Source of the DNA: Calditrichales bacterium
GTDB taxonomy: Bacteria > Calditrichota > Calditrichia > Calditrichales > J004
Length of the DNA: 64,000 nucleotides
Direction: 5' to 3'
NCBI GenBank assembly: GCA_015493745.1
Contig: WGCN01000099.1
Span: forward strand, 1,541 to 65,540
Position 1 is the first letter of the stretch; each line of letters begins with the position of its first letter. The notes under the pieces were generated by a model. It worked only from the letters and a program-made list of their open reading frames with translations. It did not search any database and was not told the origin of the DNA. Below, one piece after another: positions 1 to 9,320 of this stretch. Made by a program: the position numbers and the translations under genes.

Positions 1-560
1 ACTTTAAGGGTTTCTCACCGGATGCCGTAAATTTAATGATGCAGTATGACTGGCCGGGTAATGTGCGTGAAGTACGTAACTTTGTGGAAACGGCCATCAT
101 TCTCAATCGCGGAGAGGTTGTCCGTCCCGATTATGTGCGCAATGCCCTCAATATGCAAAACACCATGTCCGGTTCGTCGGATATGCTGCCCATGCCGGTT
201 AATAAAACCCCGGAACAGGTGGAACGGGAATTGATTTACCGTACCCTGGTGGCCATGAAGCTGGAAATCACCGAACTGAAACAGATGTTCGCCTCCTTTA
301 TACAGGGAGCCTCGATGCCGGGAGGGCCCTATCCGAACAATCTGCCTTCCTCGCCACCGGTGCCTGTCAGTTATATGCCCCAAGACAGCTCCGGCGTGGA
401 AAATGGCAATGAGGTTAAGCCGACCACCCTGGCCGGTATGGAGCGGGAAATGATTAAGGAAACTCTGAACCGTTTCGGCGGTAGCAGAAGAAAAACCGCC
501 CGCGCCCTGCAAATCAGCGAGCGGACCCTGTACCGAAAAATTAAGGAATATGGTTTGTAA
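1..560 (+). CDS. sigma-54-dependent transcriptional activator (NtrC/Fis family), C-terminal part; 5' end lies outside the window
   Basis: The frame is open from the window edge (..FSPDAVNLMMQYDWPGNVREVRNFVE). It carries the WPGNVRE signature that ends the sigma-54 AAA+ domain and a C-terminal Fis-type HTH (RKTARALQISERTLYRKIKEYGL). Confidence 0.85.
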   Translation, partial: FKGFSPDAVNLMMQYDWPGNVREVRNFVETAIILNRGEVVRPDYVRNALNMQNTMSGSSDMLPMPVNKTPEQVERELIYRTLVAMKLEITELKQMFASFIQGASMPGGPYPNNLPSSPPVPVSYMPQDSSGVENGNEVKPTTLAGMEREMIKETLNRFGGSRRKTARALQISERTLYRKIKEYGL

Positions 561-1051
561 TGCGTAAAGCCCTGATACCGGTTTTTACCTTGCTTTTTTT
601 GATTTCGTCCTGTGGCTACTACTCCTTTAAGGGAGCCCTGCCTTCCTATCTTAACTCCGTGGCCGTGCCGCTGTTTGATGATCGCAGCGCCTGGCCCGAT
701 ATCCGTGAAAAAGTCACCGACAGTGTTATTAACGGGTTTGTGAATGATAACACCCTGAAAGTGGTGGATGAGAGCCGGGCTACCCTGCTGTTAACCGGAA
801 CCATCCTTTCGGTTAACCGGGTGGAGCAGGCGGTGGAACAGGGTGAAAATGTTACCGAGTACCGTTTGATCGTTAAGGTAAAGGTGAAGTGCGAGGATGT
901 ACGCGCCTCAAAAAATATGTACAATAAAACCTTTGAAGCATACACCTTGCTACAGGCCTCAGCCGGACAGGATGAAATAGACGCCGCCGTAGATGAAGCT
1001 CTTGAAATTATTACCGAAGATATCGTAAACACTACCTTGAGTGGCTGGTAA
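560..1051 (+). CDS. LptE-like LPS-assembly lipoprotein
   Basis: 163 aa with a signal peptide and lipobox (LFLISS|C). CGYYSFKG followed by VAVPLFDD resembles LptE-family lipoproteins. The start overlaps the upstream stop (TAATG). Confidence 0.5.
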   Translation: MRKALIPVFTLLFLISSCGYYSFKGALPSYLNSVAVPLFDDRSAWPDIREKVTDSVINGFVNDNTLKVVDESRATLLLTGTILSVNRVEQAVEQGENVTEYRLIVKVKVKCEDVRASKNMYNKTFEAYTLLQASAGQDEIDAAVDEALEIITEDIVNTTLSGW

Positions 1052-1065
1052 GAGGAGATCGTTTT

Positions 1066-2253
1066 ATGTCCAATGTCATGGAAAAAGATTTTATACTTTT
1101 CGCATCAAAAGCACATGCCTTATTGCAGCAGGAAAAGGCCGAAAATGCCCTGCATCTGTCTGAGGCCGGCGTGCGCCGTTTTCCGCGCTATGCCGACGGG
1201 CATATGGTGCTGGGAATGTGTTATAAAGCCCTGGGAAGAACGGACGAGGCCCGGGCCGAATTCGAGCGCGCCATCACCTTTGCCCCTAACAATCTGGCCG
1301 CCATGAACGCGCTGGCGGAGATCAACCGGGAAAACGGTTTGCATCAAATTGCCCGTGATTGGCAAATAAAAAAACTGATGTATTTCCCTTATGATGACGC
1401 CCTGCAAGAGGAACTGGCCGGTGAACTGGCCCGTTTGCCCCTTGAAGCGCACACCCCGCCGGAAGCAGAGGAGACAGCTCCGGAAGACAGCGTTCAGGAA
1501 TTGCTTGACGAGGTGGATGAAGAGATGATCGTCGGGGAAGAGCTGATGGAAGAAGAGCCGCCGGTGGATGACCCGGCCGAAGAGGAGGATTTGTCCACCC
1601 TGATGGAAGAGACCGGGGATGTTTCCGCCGAAAGTGATGTTCAGATATCCGACCGGTTTGATCCCCTGGCCGATGAGCTCATTCTGGAAGAGTCGGCCGG
1701 TGATATGGAGAAGCCTGATTTAAGCGGTTTTGATAAAACCGATGAGGATTTTGCCTCATTGATGACCGATATGTTCAGCCCGGAAGCGGCTGAAACGGCG
1801 GAATCTCCCGAAAATGACGAGGAAGAATGGCTGGAGGTTCAGGACATCATTATAGAAGAGCAACCCGAACCGGAAGCCGAAATCCCGGTTGTGGAAGAAA
1901 AAGCCGCTCCCGTAAACGAAACCGATAAACTGATCAGTGAGCTGGAGTTGGTCAGCGAGGAGGAAGAGGCCTTGCTGATGGATGACGAACCCTTTGAAGA
2001 AAACGTGGAAGAACAATCCCCCTCTTCCGGTCCGGAGCAGCCCGTGTCCGGCGTCGGCGAAGAGGATGTAACCATTGAAAAACTGATGCTTAATCCCAAC
2101 CTGATCACTCCGACCTTTGGCGAGATATTGATCGCGCAAAAGAAATTTGCCGAGGCCCGCCATGTGTTCATGGAACTGAGCAAAAGGGAACCGGATAATC
2201 CCCGCTTTGTTAGAAAGATTTCATTCCTGGAAAAATTTTTACAGGTACAATAA
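1066..2253 (+). CDS. TPR-repeat protein with a long acidic low-complexity linker
   Basis: TPR-like helices occur at the N-terminus (GMCYKALGRTDEARAEFERAITFAPNN) and C-terminus (AQKKFAEARHVFMELSKREPDNP). The central ~230 aa is dominated by E, D and P. Confidence 0.6.
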   Translation: MSNVMEKDFILFASKAHALLQQEKAENALHLSEAGVRRFPRYADGHMVLGMCYKALGRTDEARAEFERAITFAPNNLAAMNALAEINRENGLHQIARDWQIKKLMYFPYDDALQEELAGELARLPLEAHTPPEAEETAPEDSVQELLDEVDEEMIVGEELMEEEPPVDDPAEEEDLSTLMEETGDVSAESDVQISDRFDPLADELILEESAGDMEKPDLSGFDKTDEDFASLMTDMFSPEAAETAESPENDEEEWLEVQDIIIEEQPEPEAEIPVVEEKAAPVNETDKLISELELVSEEEEALLMDDEPFEENVEEQSPSSGPEQPVSGVGEEDVTIEKLMLNPNLITPTFGEILIAQKKFAEARHVFMELSKREPDNPRFVRKISFLEKFLQVQ

Positions 2254-2273
2254 GCACACAGAAATTATCCTTA

Positions 2274-5200
2274 ATGACACGTATCCTCATTTTCTGTCTC
2301 ATCGGTATGCAATTATTGATGGGGCAGTCTTATTTTGTCCGGCTGACCGACGAAGGGCAGGGCCACAAGGCGGAACTGATCCGCGGTAATTTTAACACCC
2401 TGAATACCCTGGCCCGCGGTATCCGCCCCGGAAATATTAAGTTTCATGATCTTCTTCTGACTCATAACAACCGTTCCCCCTTTGAAAAATGGCTGCTGGT
2501 GCAAAAAGCGGATAAGGCCTTTTTGCAGGCTCTGCAACAGGCGAAATGGGCCGATCTCATTGAACCGGTGGGCGTTTTAAAAACCTCCGTGCTCAGCGAC
2601 GATTCCCTCAGCGCCGAACAGTGGTATCTGGAAAAAATAAACAGTGCCGGGGCCTGGGAGGTTTCCCGCGGGAGCAACGACGTGGTGGTGGGGGTAATCG
2701 ATACCGGTGTCGACTATGATCACCCCGACCTGCAGGGCCGCTTTTGGATAAACAGCGCCGAAGATCTGAACGGCAACGGCCGCCTGGACAGCGCTGATGA
2801 AAACGGTCTGGATGACGACGGCAACGGATTTATCGATGACGTCATCGGTTACGATTTTACCGATGCCCCGCGTTTCCCCGACGGCGGCGATTATATCACG
2901 CCCGATAACCGTCCCGATGATGAGTTCTCCGGCGGGCACGGGACCGAAGTGGCGGGGCTGATTGCCGCGGCCGCCGATAACGGTATCGGCATCAGCGGTG
3001 TGGCGCCGGGTGTCAGACTGATGGTTCTGCGCGCCGGTACCGCTTCGGGCTATCTGGAAGAGGATGATGTGGCCCAGGCTCTGTTTTACGCTCTGAATAA
3101 CGGCGCCCGGATTGTCAATATGTCCTTTGGCGATGTGGCGCTTTCCCGTTTTTTAAGGGATGTGATCCGCTATGTGGCCGGGCAGGGGTTGATCCTGATT
3201 GCCTCGGCGGGCAACAGTGCCACCGATCAGATTCATTTTCCTTCCGGATTGCCGGATGTCATTTCCGTCGGCGCCAGTGATCGCAATGACGGCCTGGCCG
3301 GGTTTTCCAACTACGGTTCTTCCATAGACCTGGTGGCGCCGGGGGTGGATATGATCAGTACCGCCCCGGGCGGAGGCTATAAAAGCCTTAACGGCACCTC
3401 CTTCAGCGCTCCCCTGGTATCCGGCGTGGCCGCCCTGTTGCTCAGCGCCCGGCCGCAATACAGCCCACAGACCCTGCGCAATGTTCTCATCTCCACCAGC
3501 GATGACATTATCTTCAACGGCTGGGATGTTTACAGCGGATCGGGCCGCCTGAATGCCGCGCGGGCGCTTTTGTTGCCCTATGGCGGCCGGATGCGCATCG
3601 ATGAACCGCTGGTAAACAGCGCCGTCTCCGCCCCCGAGGTACAAATACGGGCCACGGTGCAACATCCGGATCTGGAATCGTTCTCTCTGGATTACGGTCT
3701 GGGCGTTTCACCGCAAAACTGGCAAAGTCTCGGCAGCATTAGCGGTAGGCAGGTGTGGCAGGATTCCATCGCCACCCTCCGGCTGAGTTCCCTTCCCGAC
3801 ACTTTGATCGAATTGCGATTGACGGCGCTGCTGCGCACGGGCCGGACCCTGGAAATCCATTCCACCTTTGAAAAAGACCAGACTCCGCCGGTAATCAGCG
3901 ATATCGAACAAATCCCCTTGCTTGATGGCACGCAAAGCGCTGTTTTAATTACCTTTGGCACGGATGATATCAGCGTGGGCCGTTTGATGCTGATCAACCG
4001 GGATACCGGCGATACCACCATCGTCAATGCCAATTATCAGAGCCGTCGGCATCGCATAAAAATAGACCGCGAAACTTTTGACGGACGTTATGATTTCCGT
4101 GTGGGGGCTGTCAATCTGGCCGGATTGACGCGCTGGGCCGGGTGGCGCACGAAGGATCGTTTTGAACTGACGGATCGCTTTGACTGGCGTGGTTTTGAGG
4201 CCGTAACCTGGAGCCTGCCTCCGGGGTATATGCTGCCTCATGCCACCGATCTGGATCATGACGGCAAGCCGGAGGTGATCATGAGCCTGTATGATGAGGA
4301 GCAAAGCTTCGGCCCCCTGAATATTTATGAATTTGAGTCCGGCCATTTTGAACTGCGGCTGGAAACGGCCTTTCGGGTTATTCCCCGGGATGCCGGCGAT
4401 GTGGATGGCGACGGTCTTTCCGATATGCTATTGGGTTTTGGCCAGCAAACTTTTCTGTTCGAGGCCGTCACGGAGAATGGCTTTCCCACGGAACTGGTCT
4501 GGCAGGATACCGCCGCCTTTTGGGGAGCGCAATATGCCGATACGGATGGCGACGGTCGCGGGGAAATTATCGGCCGTCAGGGAGACGAAGGATACCGTAT
4601 TCTGGAAAGCGATGGTGATAACGGATTTAGGGAAAGCGCTTTTCTTGGCAACCCCACCCGTGGAGCCAACCGCCTGGGGGTGCCCCGCGTGCAATTATGG
4701 GATATGGACGGCGACGGCGTCCGGGAACTGGCCTATGGTGACTATGACGGTGACGTCCTGGTGTATAGGAACACGGGCAATGACAGTTGGGAACTGGCCG
4801 ATACGCTGCGTACCCGTTTTGAAAATTCCACGGAGATGATCACCGCCGTCGACAGTCTGCTGATTCTGGCCACCCATACCACGGAAAATGTCAATTACGA
4901 GCATGAGTTCGACGCCCGTTACTGGAGCATGGAAACATTTGCCTATAACCGGCAAGACGGGCTGCATGTTCTGGACACGATCTCCTTTTTCGGTTTTAGC
5001 GATACGCGCGACTTTGACAGTGCTATCCGCGGCTTTCCGTATCGGGGGCGGCCCACTCTTTTTGCCGCGCTGTTTCCCCATTTATATGTTCTTGAGCGAC
5101 GCGGGGCGCGGTGGATACCGGTCTGGCTGAAAGACAATGTACGTTCCAATACCGTTTTGTTTATGGATCTGAGCGGCGATACCCGGCCGGAGTTCTATGT

Positions 5201-6383
5201 CAATGACGGTATCACCATATCCGGATACCACGCGGGAAGCGAACAACGCCCCCCCGCGCCGCTTTTTTTGACGGTTACCGTGCGCGACAGCCAAAGCATC
5301 CGTCTGAACTGGCAAAGTGGCGCCGCGGATTATTATAAGGTCTACCGCAAAAAAGAGGCCGGAGATTGGCTGGCGGTGGACAGTGTGTCCGCCCGGGTGT
5401 ATGTGGATTCGGCTCTGAACAGGGACAGCCTGTATATTTACGCCCTGACCGCCGTTAACAGCGATTTTTCCCTGAGCGAAAGCTTTTTCAGCAACACCGA
5501 TTCCGTGCGCCTGTTTGCCATGCTGGCCGTCAGCGGGATACAGGCGGTGGATGCCCACAGCGTACGCGTCTTTTTTGACAAGGATCTGGATATCACGCGC
5601 AGCGTTGGTTTCCGGGCCTATTTAAACACGGACAGTATTGCCGCCAGCTCCGTTGTACCGGCCGGGGGACGCAACAGTCTGCTGATCTCTTTTGACAGGC
5701 CGCTGCAAGAGGGCCGCGACTATCAACTGATTTTGCAAAATATCTTCAGCGCCGACGGCATGCCCCTCTCGCGCGCCGGCGAGCGGTTGTGGTTTCGCTA
5801 TGATGCCGCGCCGGGACGGCCCATCGTCCGTGATAGCCGCTTGCGGGAAAACCGCCTGGATATTCGTTTCAGCCAGCCGATGAAGCGGGAGATGCTGACG
5901 GATGCGCGCTATTATGAAGTTATTCCCTCGGGAAGTATAAAAAATATCGCTTTATTGGATAGCATCGGATATTCGGTTCGCTTAACTTTAGATGATCAGA
6001 CACTACTGGGGGCTACGGGCCGGGCCAGTTACGTGCGTTTAGGCGAGTTGCAAAGCCTGTCGGGCCGCACCCTCGATGACGGAACGGTGGTAAGTCTGTT
6101 CCGCGCGGTTTCCGGCATGCGGGATACGCGGGTCTATCCCCAGCCCGACCGGGCGGATGAACCCTATCTCTATTTTGCGCCCCTGCCCGCCGGTGAAGCG
6201 TCATTGACGGTGATGAACATGAACGGAGCGTTGATACGCCGGGTGAAGGCCCAAACCGAGCTGGGCGGGCTGCGCTGGGATAAGCGCGATCGTAACGGCC
6301 AAAAGGTGGCGTCCGGCATATATATTTACATCCTGGAAACGTCCGCCGGACGTAAAGCAGGAAAGCTTGTAATCGTGAGGTGA
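2274..6383 (+). CDS. secreted S8 (subtilisin-family) serine peptidase with FG-GAP/VCBS-like repeats, an FN3-like domain and a T9SS C-terminal sorting domain
   Basis: Signal peptide present. Catalytic D/H/S motifs are VIDTGVDYDHPDL, HGTEVAGLIAA and GTSFSAPLVSGVAALL. DxDxDG repeats occur (DVDGDGLSD, DTDGDGRGE, DMDGDGVRE). The C-terminus (..SGIYIYILETSAGRKAGKLVIVR) is typical of T9SS type-A domains. Confidence 0.85.
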   Translation: MTRILIFCLIGMQLLMGQSYFVRLTDEGQGHKAELIRGNFNTLNTLARGIRPGNIKFHDLLLTHNNRSPFEKWLLVQKADKAFLQALQQAKWADLIEPVGVLKTSVLSDDSLSAEQWYLEKINSAGAWEVSRGSNDVVVGVIDTGVDYDHPDLQGRFWINSAEDLNGNGRLDSADENGLDDDGNGFIDDVIGYDFTDAPRFPDGGDYITPDNRPDDEFSGGHGTEVAGLIAAAADNGIGISGVAPGVRLMVLRAGTASGYLEEDDVAQALFYALNNGARIVNMSFGDVALSRFLRDVIRYVAGQGLILIASAGNSATDQIHFPSGLPDVISVGASDRNDGLAGFSNYGSSIDLVAPGVDMISTAPGGGYKSLNGTSFSAPLVSGVAALLLSARPQYSPQTLRNVLISTSDDIIFNGWDVYSGSGRLNAARALLLPYGGRMRIDEPLVNSAVSAPEVQIRATVQHPDLESFSLDYGLGVSPQNWQSLGSISGRQVWQDSIATLRLSSLPDTLIELRLTALLRTGRTLEIHSTFEKDQTPPVISDIEQIPLLDGTQSAVLITFGTDDISVGRLMLINRDTGDTTIVNANYQSRRHRIKIDRETFDGRYDFRVGAVNLAGLTRWAGWRTKDRFELTDRFDWRGFEAVTWSLPPGYMLPHATDLDHDGKPEVIMSLYDEEQSFGPLNIYEFESGHFELRLETAFRVIPRDAGDVDGDGLSDMLLGFGQQTFLFEAVTENGFPTELVWQDTAAFWGAQYADTDGDGRGEIIGRQGDEGYRILESDGDNGFRESAFLGNPTRGANRLGVPRVQLWDMDGDGVRELAYGDYDGDVLVYRNTGNDSWELADTLRTRFENSTEMITAVDSLLILATHTTENVNYEHEFDARYWSMETFAYNRQDGLHVLDTISFFGFSDTRDFDSAIRGFPYRGRPTLFAALFPHLYVLERRGARWIPVWLKDNVRSNTVLFMDLSGDTRPEFYVNDGITISGYHAGSEQRPPAPLFLTVTVRDSQSIRLNWQSGAADYYKVYRKKEAGDWLAVDSVSARVYVDSALNRDSLYIYALTAVNSDFSLSESFFSNTDSVRLFAMLAVSGIQAVDAHSVRVFFDKDLDITRSVGFRAYLNTDSIAASSVVPAGGRNSLLISFDRPLQEGRDYQLILQNIFSADGMPLSRAGERLWFRYDAAPGRPIVRDSRLRENRLDIRFSQPMKREMLTDARYYEVIPSGSIKNIALLDSIGYSVRLTLDDQTLLGATGRASYVRLGELQSLSGRTLDDGTVVSLFRAVSGMRDTRVYPQPDRADEPYLYFAPLPAGEASLTVMNMNGALIRRVKAQTELGGLRWDKRDRNGQKVASGIYIYILETSAGRKAGKLVIVR

Positions 6384-6386
6384 ATA

Positions 6387-7034
6387 ATGGCAAGGTATAA
6401 GAATCCCCTTATTGTAGGTGTTACCGGCGGCCTGGGCAGTGGACAGTCCACCGTGGCCAAGCTTATGGAAAAGGGCAACGCGAAGGTGATCAGCGCCGAC
6501 GAAATGGCCAAGCAGGCCATTGCTCGTAACAAATCCCTGCAAAAGGATCTGATGAAGGTTTTTGGCGAGGATATTTTTGAAAAGGGTCGGTTGAACCGTG
6601 CCTTGCTGGCCGAACGTGCCTTTAAGGATATCACCGAAACCCGTAAGCTAAATCAGCTGGTACATCCGCGCATGGTGGAGAATATCATCGAAGCCATGGA
6701 GAAAGCACGCTTTTCCGGCCGCTATCCGCTGATCATCATCGATGCGGCGTTGATTTACGAAATCAGCATTGAACGTAACTTTGACGCCATTATCGTGGTA
6801 ACGGCCTCCATCCCCAACCGTGAAAAGCGGGTTAAGGAACGTGACGGCATGTCCCGTCAGCAGTTCCGGGAACGGGCCAGCAAGCAGATACCCCTGAAGG
6901 ACAAAGCGGCCTGGGCCGATTTCGTAATCGAGAACAACGGTACCCTGGAAGAGTTGGAGGAAAAAACACGCAAAGTGTATAAAAAACTGATGGAAATGCA
7001 AAAAATAAAAGAACGCCGCGGCAAGCTGGCATAG
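6387..7034 (+). CDS. coaE: dephospho-CoA kinase (non-canonical P-loop GSGQST)
   Basis: 215 aa. The N-terminal IVGVTGGLGSGQSTVAKLM matches the CoaE P-loop context, and size and overall pattern fit CoaE. The Walker-A Lys position is Gln (codon CAG at 6444-6446). Confidence 0.75.
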   Translation: MARYKNPLIVGVTGGLGSGQSTVAKLMEKGNAKVISADEMAKQAIARNKSLQKDLMKVFGEDIFEKGRLNRALLAERAFKDITETRKLNQLVHPRMVENIIEAMEKARFSGRYPLIIIDAALIYEISIERNFDAIIVVTASIPNREKRVKERDGMSRQQFRERASKQIPLKDKAAWADFVIENNGTLEELEEKTRKVYKKLMEMQKIKERRGKLA

Positions 7035-7042
7035 GGGGCAAT

Positions 7043-8095
7043 ATGTTAAATGAAAAGCAGGCCAGGGAGTTGGTCCGGGAATATGGCGATCGTGTAAACG
7101 AGGGCCGTCCCATAAAAAAAATAATCGACGACGGGGATATTCCCCGGCTAAAGGGATGCACGGTATTGCAGGGTAAGGTGTCCGATTCCGTTTTCGGCCC
7201 GGATCTGAAAACCGCCGCCGGTCAACCGATACGGCTGATGTTTCGTAATAACCGCATCAGTACCCATGATGTTAACCGGGGCGCCATTCCTTTCAAAGAT
7301 CAGGTGCTGGCCATCAATCATGACCACATGTTGAAGCTGGTGTCCGATGTAACCGGCCATTCGCAGTTTGAGGTAGAGGGGTTGCATCCGGCCTCCACCG
7401 TTATCCCGGCCGAGAATCTTAAACTGATCATGTATGAAAACGTTTTGCGCATGTACATGGCGGAAAGCAGCACCTCCACATCGCTTTACCAGCATTGGCT
7501 GCGTGCCCGTGAAAACGGTCTGGAAACACTGAAATATGCCGGACATGTGCTGGAGGTGGATCAACTGGAGGTGAACGGCCGCTTGCCTTATCTGCTGGAT
7601 ACGCCTTCCACCAAGGATGAACATGATATGACCGTCGATCCGGCCTATCTGTTTGAGCATAATATCTGCACCCGCGATCAGCATATTCAAATCCGTAATG
7701 CCTCGTTGATGGCTTTTGGGGTTATCAGCCAGTATGTTAAGGATAAGGGGATGATACTGGTGGATACCAAAACCGAGCACGGCTTGAACAGCGAGGGCCG
7801 GATTGTGGTGGCCGATGAAGTATATACCATGGACTCCTCGCGATTCTGGAAATTGAATGACGACGGCACCATTTTGAAACGGGAGGGCAAGCCGGTCAGT
7901 TTTTCCAAGGAGTTTGCCCGCGGCATGGTTACCGAAAAGAATATGCAGTTCAGCAGGGAACAGGCCGGTGAGATAGCCGTCCGCTACATCATCGGTTTGC
8001 AGCATTTAACCGGAAAGGCGTTTGAGCCCGATATTCGCCCCCGTGATCAGCGTATCATCGAATCGGTGGAATTGATTCTGGATAAGCTTTGTTAG
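7043..8095 (+). CDS. purC: phosphoribosylaminoimidazole-succinocarboxamide (SAICAR) synthase, long form
   Basis: Motifs NRISTHDVNRGAIPFKDQVL, ILVDTKTEHG and ADEVYTMDSSRFW correspond to the SDRISAFD, DTKFEFG and DE..TPDSSRFW blocks of PurC. Confidence 0.8.
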   Translation: MLNEKQARELVREYGDRVNEGRPIKKIIDDGDIPRLKGCTVLQGKVSDSVFGPDLKTAAGQPIRLMFRNNRISTHDVNRGAIPFKDQVLAINHDHMLKLVSDVTGHSQFEVEGLHPASTVIPAENLKLIMYENVLRMYMAESSTSTSLYQHWLRARENGLETLKYAGHVLEVDQLEVNGRLPYLLDTPSTKDEHDMTVDPAYLFEHNICTRDQHIQIRNASLMAFGVISQYVKDKGMILVDTKTEHGLNSEGRIVVADEVYTMDSSRFWKLNDDGTILKREGKPVSFSKEFARGMVTEKNMQFSREQAGEIAVRYIIGLQHLTGKAFEPDIRPRDQRIIESVELILDKLC

Positions 8096-8097
8096 GG

Positions 8098-8111
8098 TCC
8101 GGCATGCCGGA
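8098..8111. terminator. 14-nt perfect palindrome (TCCGGCATGCCGGA) in the 18-nt gap between convergent genes; possible bidirectional terminator hairpin
   Basis: Read directly from the sequence. It lies between the purC stop (8095) and the stop of the minus-strand gene (8114). The stem is short and the U-tract poor. Confidence 0.3.
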
Positions 8112-8113
8112 GC

Positions 8114-8998
8114 TTAGTTAAAAATAAATTTGTGCACCACGTGCGAAGGCAGGGTTTCTTCCAGCCGGGCAAAGTTGCGCCAGCGGCTGATATTCTTTTT
8201 GATGCATTGTTCCACCAGGCGATTGCGCAGGGTGGAATCGAGAATGCGCACGCTGGAGGGGATGACAAATCCCCGGGGATCGATCTCAAATTCCACTTTA
8301 ATGGCGCCCCGGCTTATGGAATTGTTGCGAAGGGCTTTTTTAAAACAATTCTGAATGATGTTTTGTTTGCGGTACAACACGGTAAGCACTTCATTTTGAT
8401 CGCGATAGCCGTAGCGTCTTTCACTGGAGGTTAACATGGCCGGTACATCCAGTGCCAGGTCAGCTTCCCGCTTGATTTTATAATCATAGGGTTCACGCAA
8501 CAGATCATCGAGGTTTAGAGTTTCCGAGCGTACATGTCGTGCTCTTTGCCGGCCTTTTCCGAAATGTCCCGCCGGCGGCAGATAACTCAACTCTTCAAAA
8601 CCGATGGATGAGGCGTCAATATCCATATTATCCAATTCCGGCAGATTCTCATACGGGGATTTTTGTTTTTCCAGTTCTCCCAGGAGACCGCTTTTTTGAA
8701 TCTTCTTTTTGCGGACTTTCATCTCTTCCCGGGCACCGGCCGCCCGTTCCGCGTGCAAGGCCTCTTCTAACAAGGGACGTACCGGTTGTGGTTGTTCCTG
8801 TTCCAATATCAGTGATTGAAATCGCTCCTTAAGGACCTGATGTACCTGGGGTTGCAGGGCGGGGTAATCATAGGTTCCCAGAAAAACAATGATTAGAACG
8901 GTCAGGAACAGAACAACGCTGAAAATGGAGAGGAAGCGGCCGGGCAGGCGATCGCCAATCCTTTTGGCAAAATAGAGATCAAAATCCGTTTGATACAT
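8114..8998 (-). CDS. membrane-anchored protein with a TonB-C/AgmX-PglI-like C-terminal domain
   Basis: One N-terminal TM helix (FLSIFSVVLFLTVLIIVFLG), a charged linker, and a C-terminal ~80 aa (IQNCFKKALRNNSISRGAIKVEFEIDPRGFV..) resembling TonB-like or AgmX/PglI C-terminal domains. Confidence 0.4.
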   Translation of the reverse strand: MYQTDFDLYFAKRIGDRLPGRFLSIFSVVLFLTVLIIVFLGTYDYPALQPQVHQVLKERFQSLILEQEQPQPVRPLLEEALHAERAAGAREEMKVRKKKIQKSGLLGELEKQKSPYENLPELDNMDIDASSIGFEELSYLPPAGHFGKGRQRARHVRSETLNLDDLLREPYDYKIKREADLALDVPAMLTSSERRYGYRDQNEVLTVLYRKQNIIQNCFKKALRNNSISRGAIKVEFEIDPRGFVIPSSVRILDSTLRNRLVEQCIKKNISRWRNFARLEETLPSHVVHKFIFN

Positions 8999-9320
8999 AG
9001 GGACAATTCTTTGAGAATAATTTTTAAGCTTGGTTTCCTCCGGATGGCGTTACATATCTGAAGGGGTGTCTTTTTCCGCCGACTGGGCGGAGGTTTCTCA
9101 CATCCGACAAAATATCCGCACCACAGTAATGGAAGAAAACTTAAAAATAGGATACTTTTAAAATGAGTTAACGACAATTATAGTTAAATCCGCGACCCGG
9201 TGTGTGATGCAGGTCACCGGAACGGGGCTGCGTCGGATTTGTTTGATCGGATTGTGAACAAAGCCTACATTATTTACTTTCACACACCTTTATAATGACC
9301 GGAAATCCAATGGAGGAGCT

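Noticed and set aside
8902-9177. A 91-aa minus-strand ORF with a signal-peptide/lipobox-like N-terminus (..LLWCGYFVGC).
   Set aside because: Its 3' third overlaps, out of frame, the N-terminal TM segment of the better-supported 8114-8998 gene. The remainder is basic low-complexity sequence with no recognisable family.
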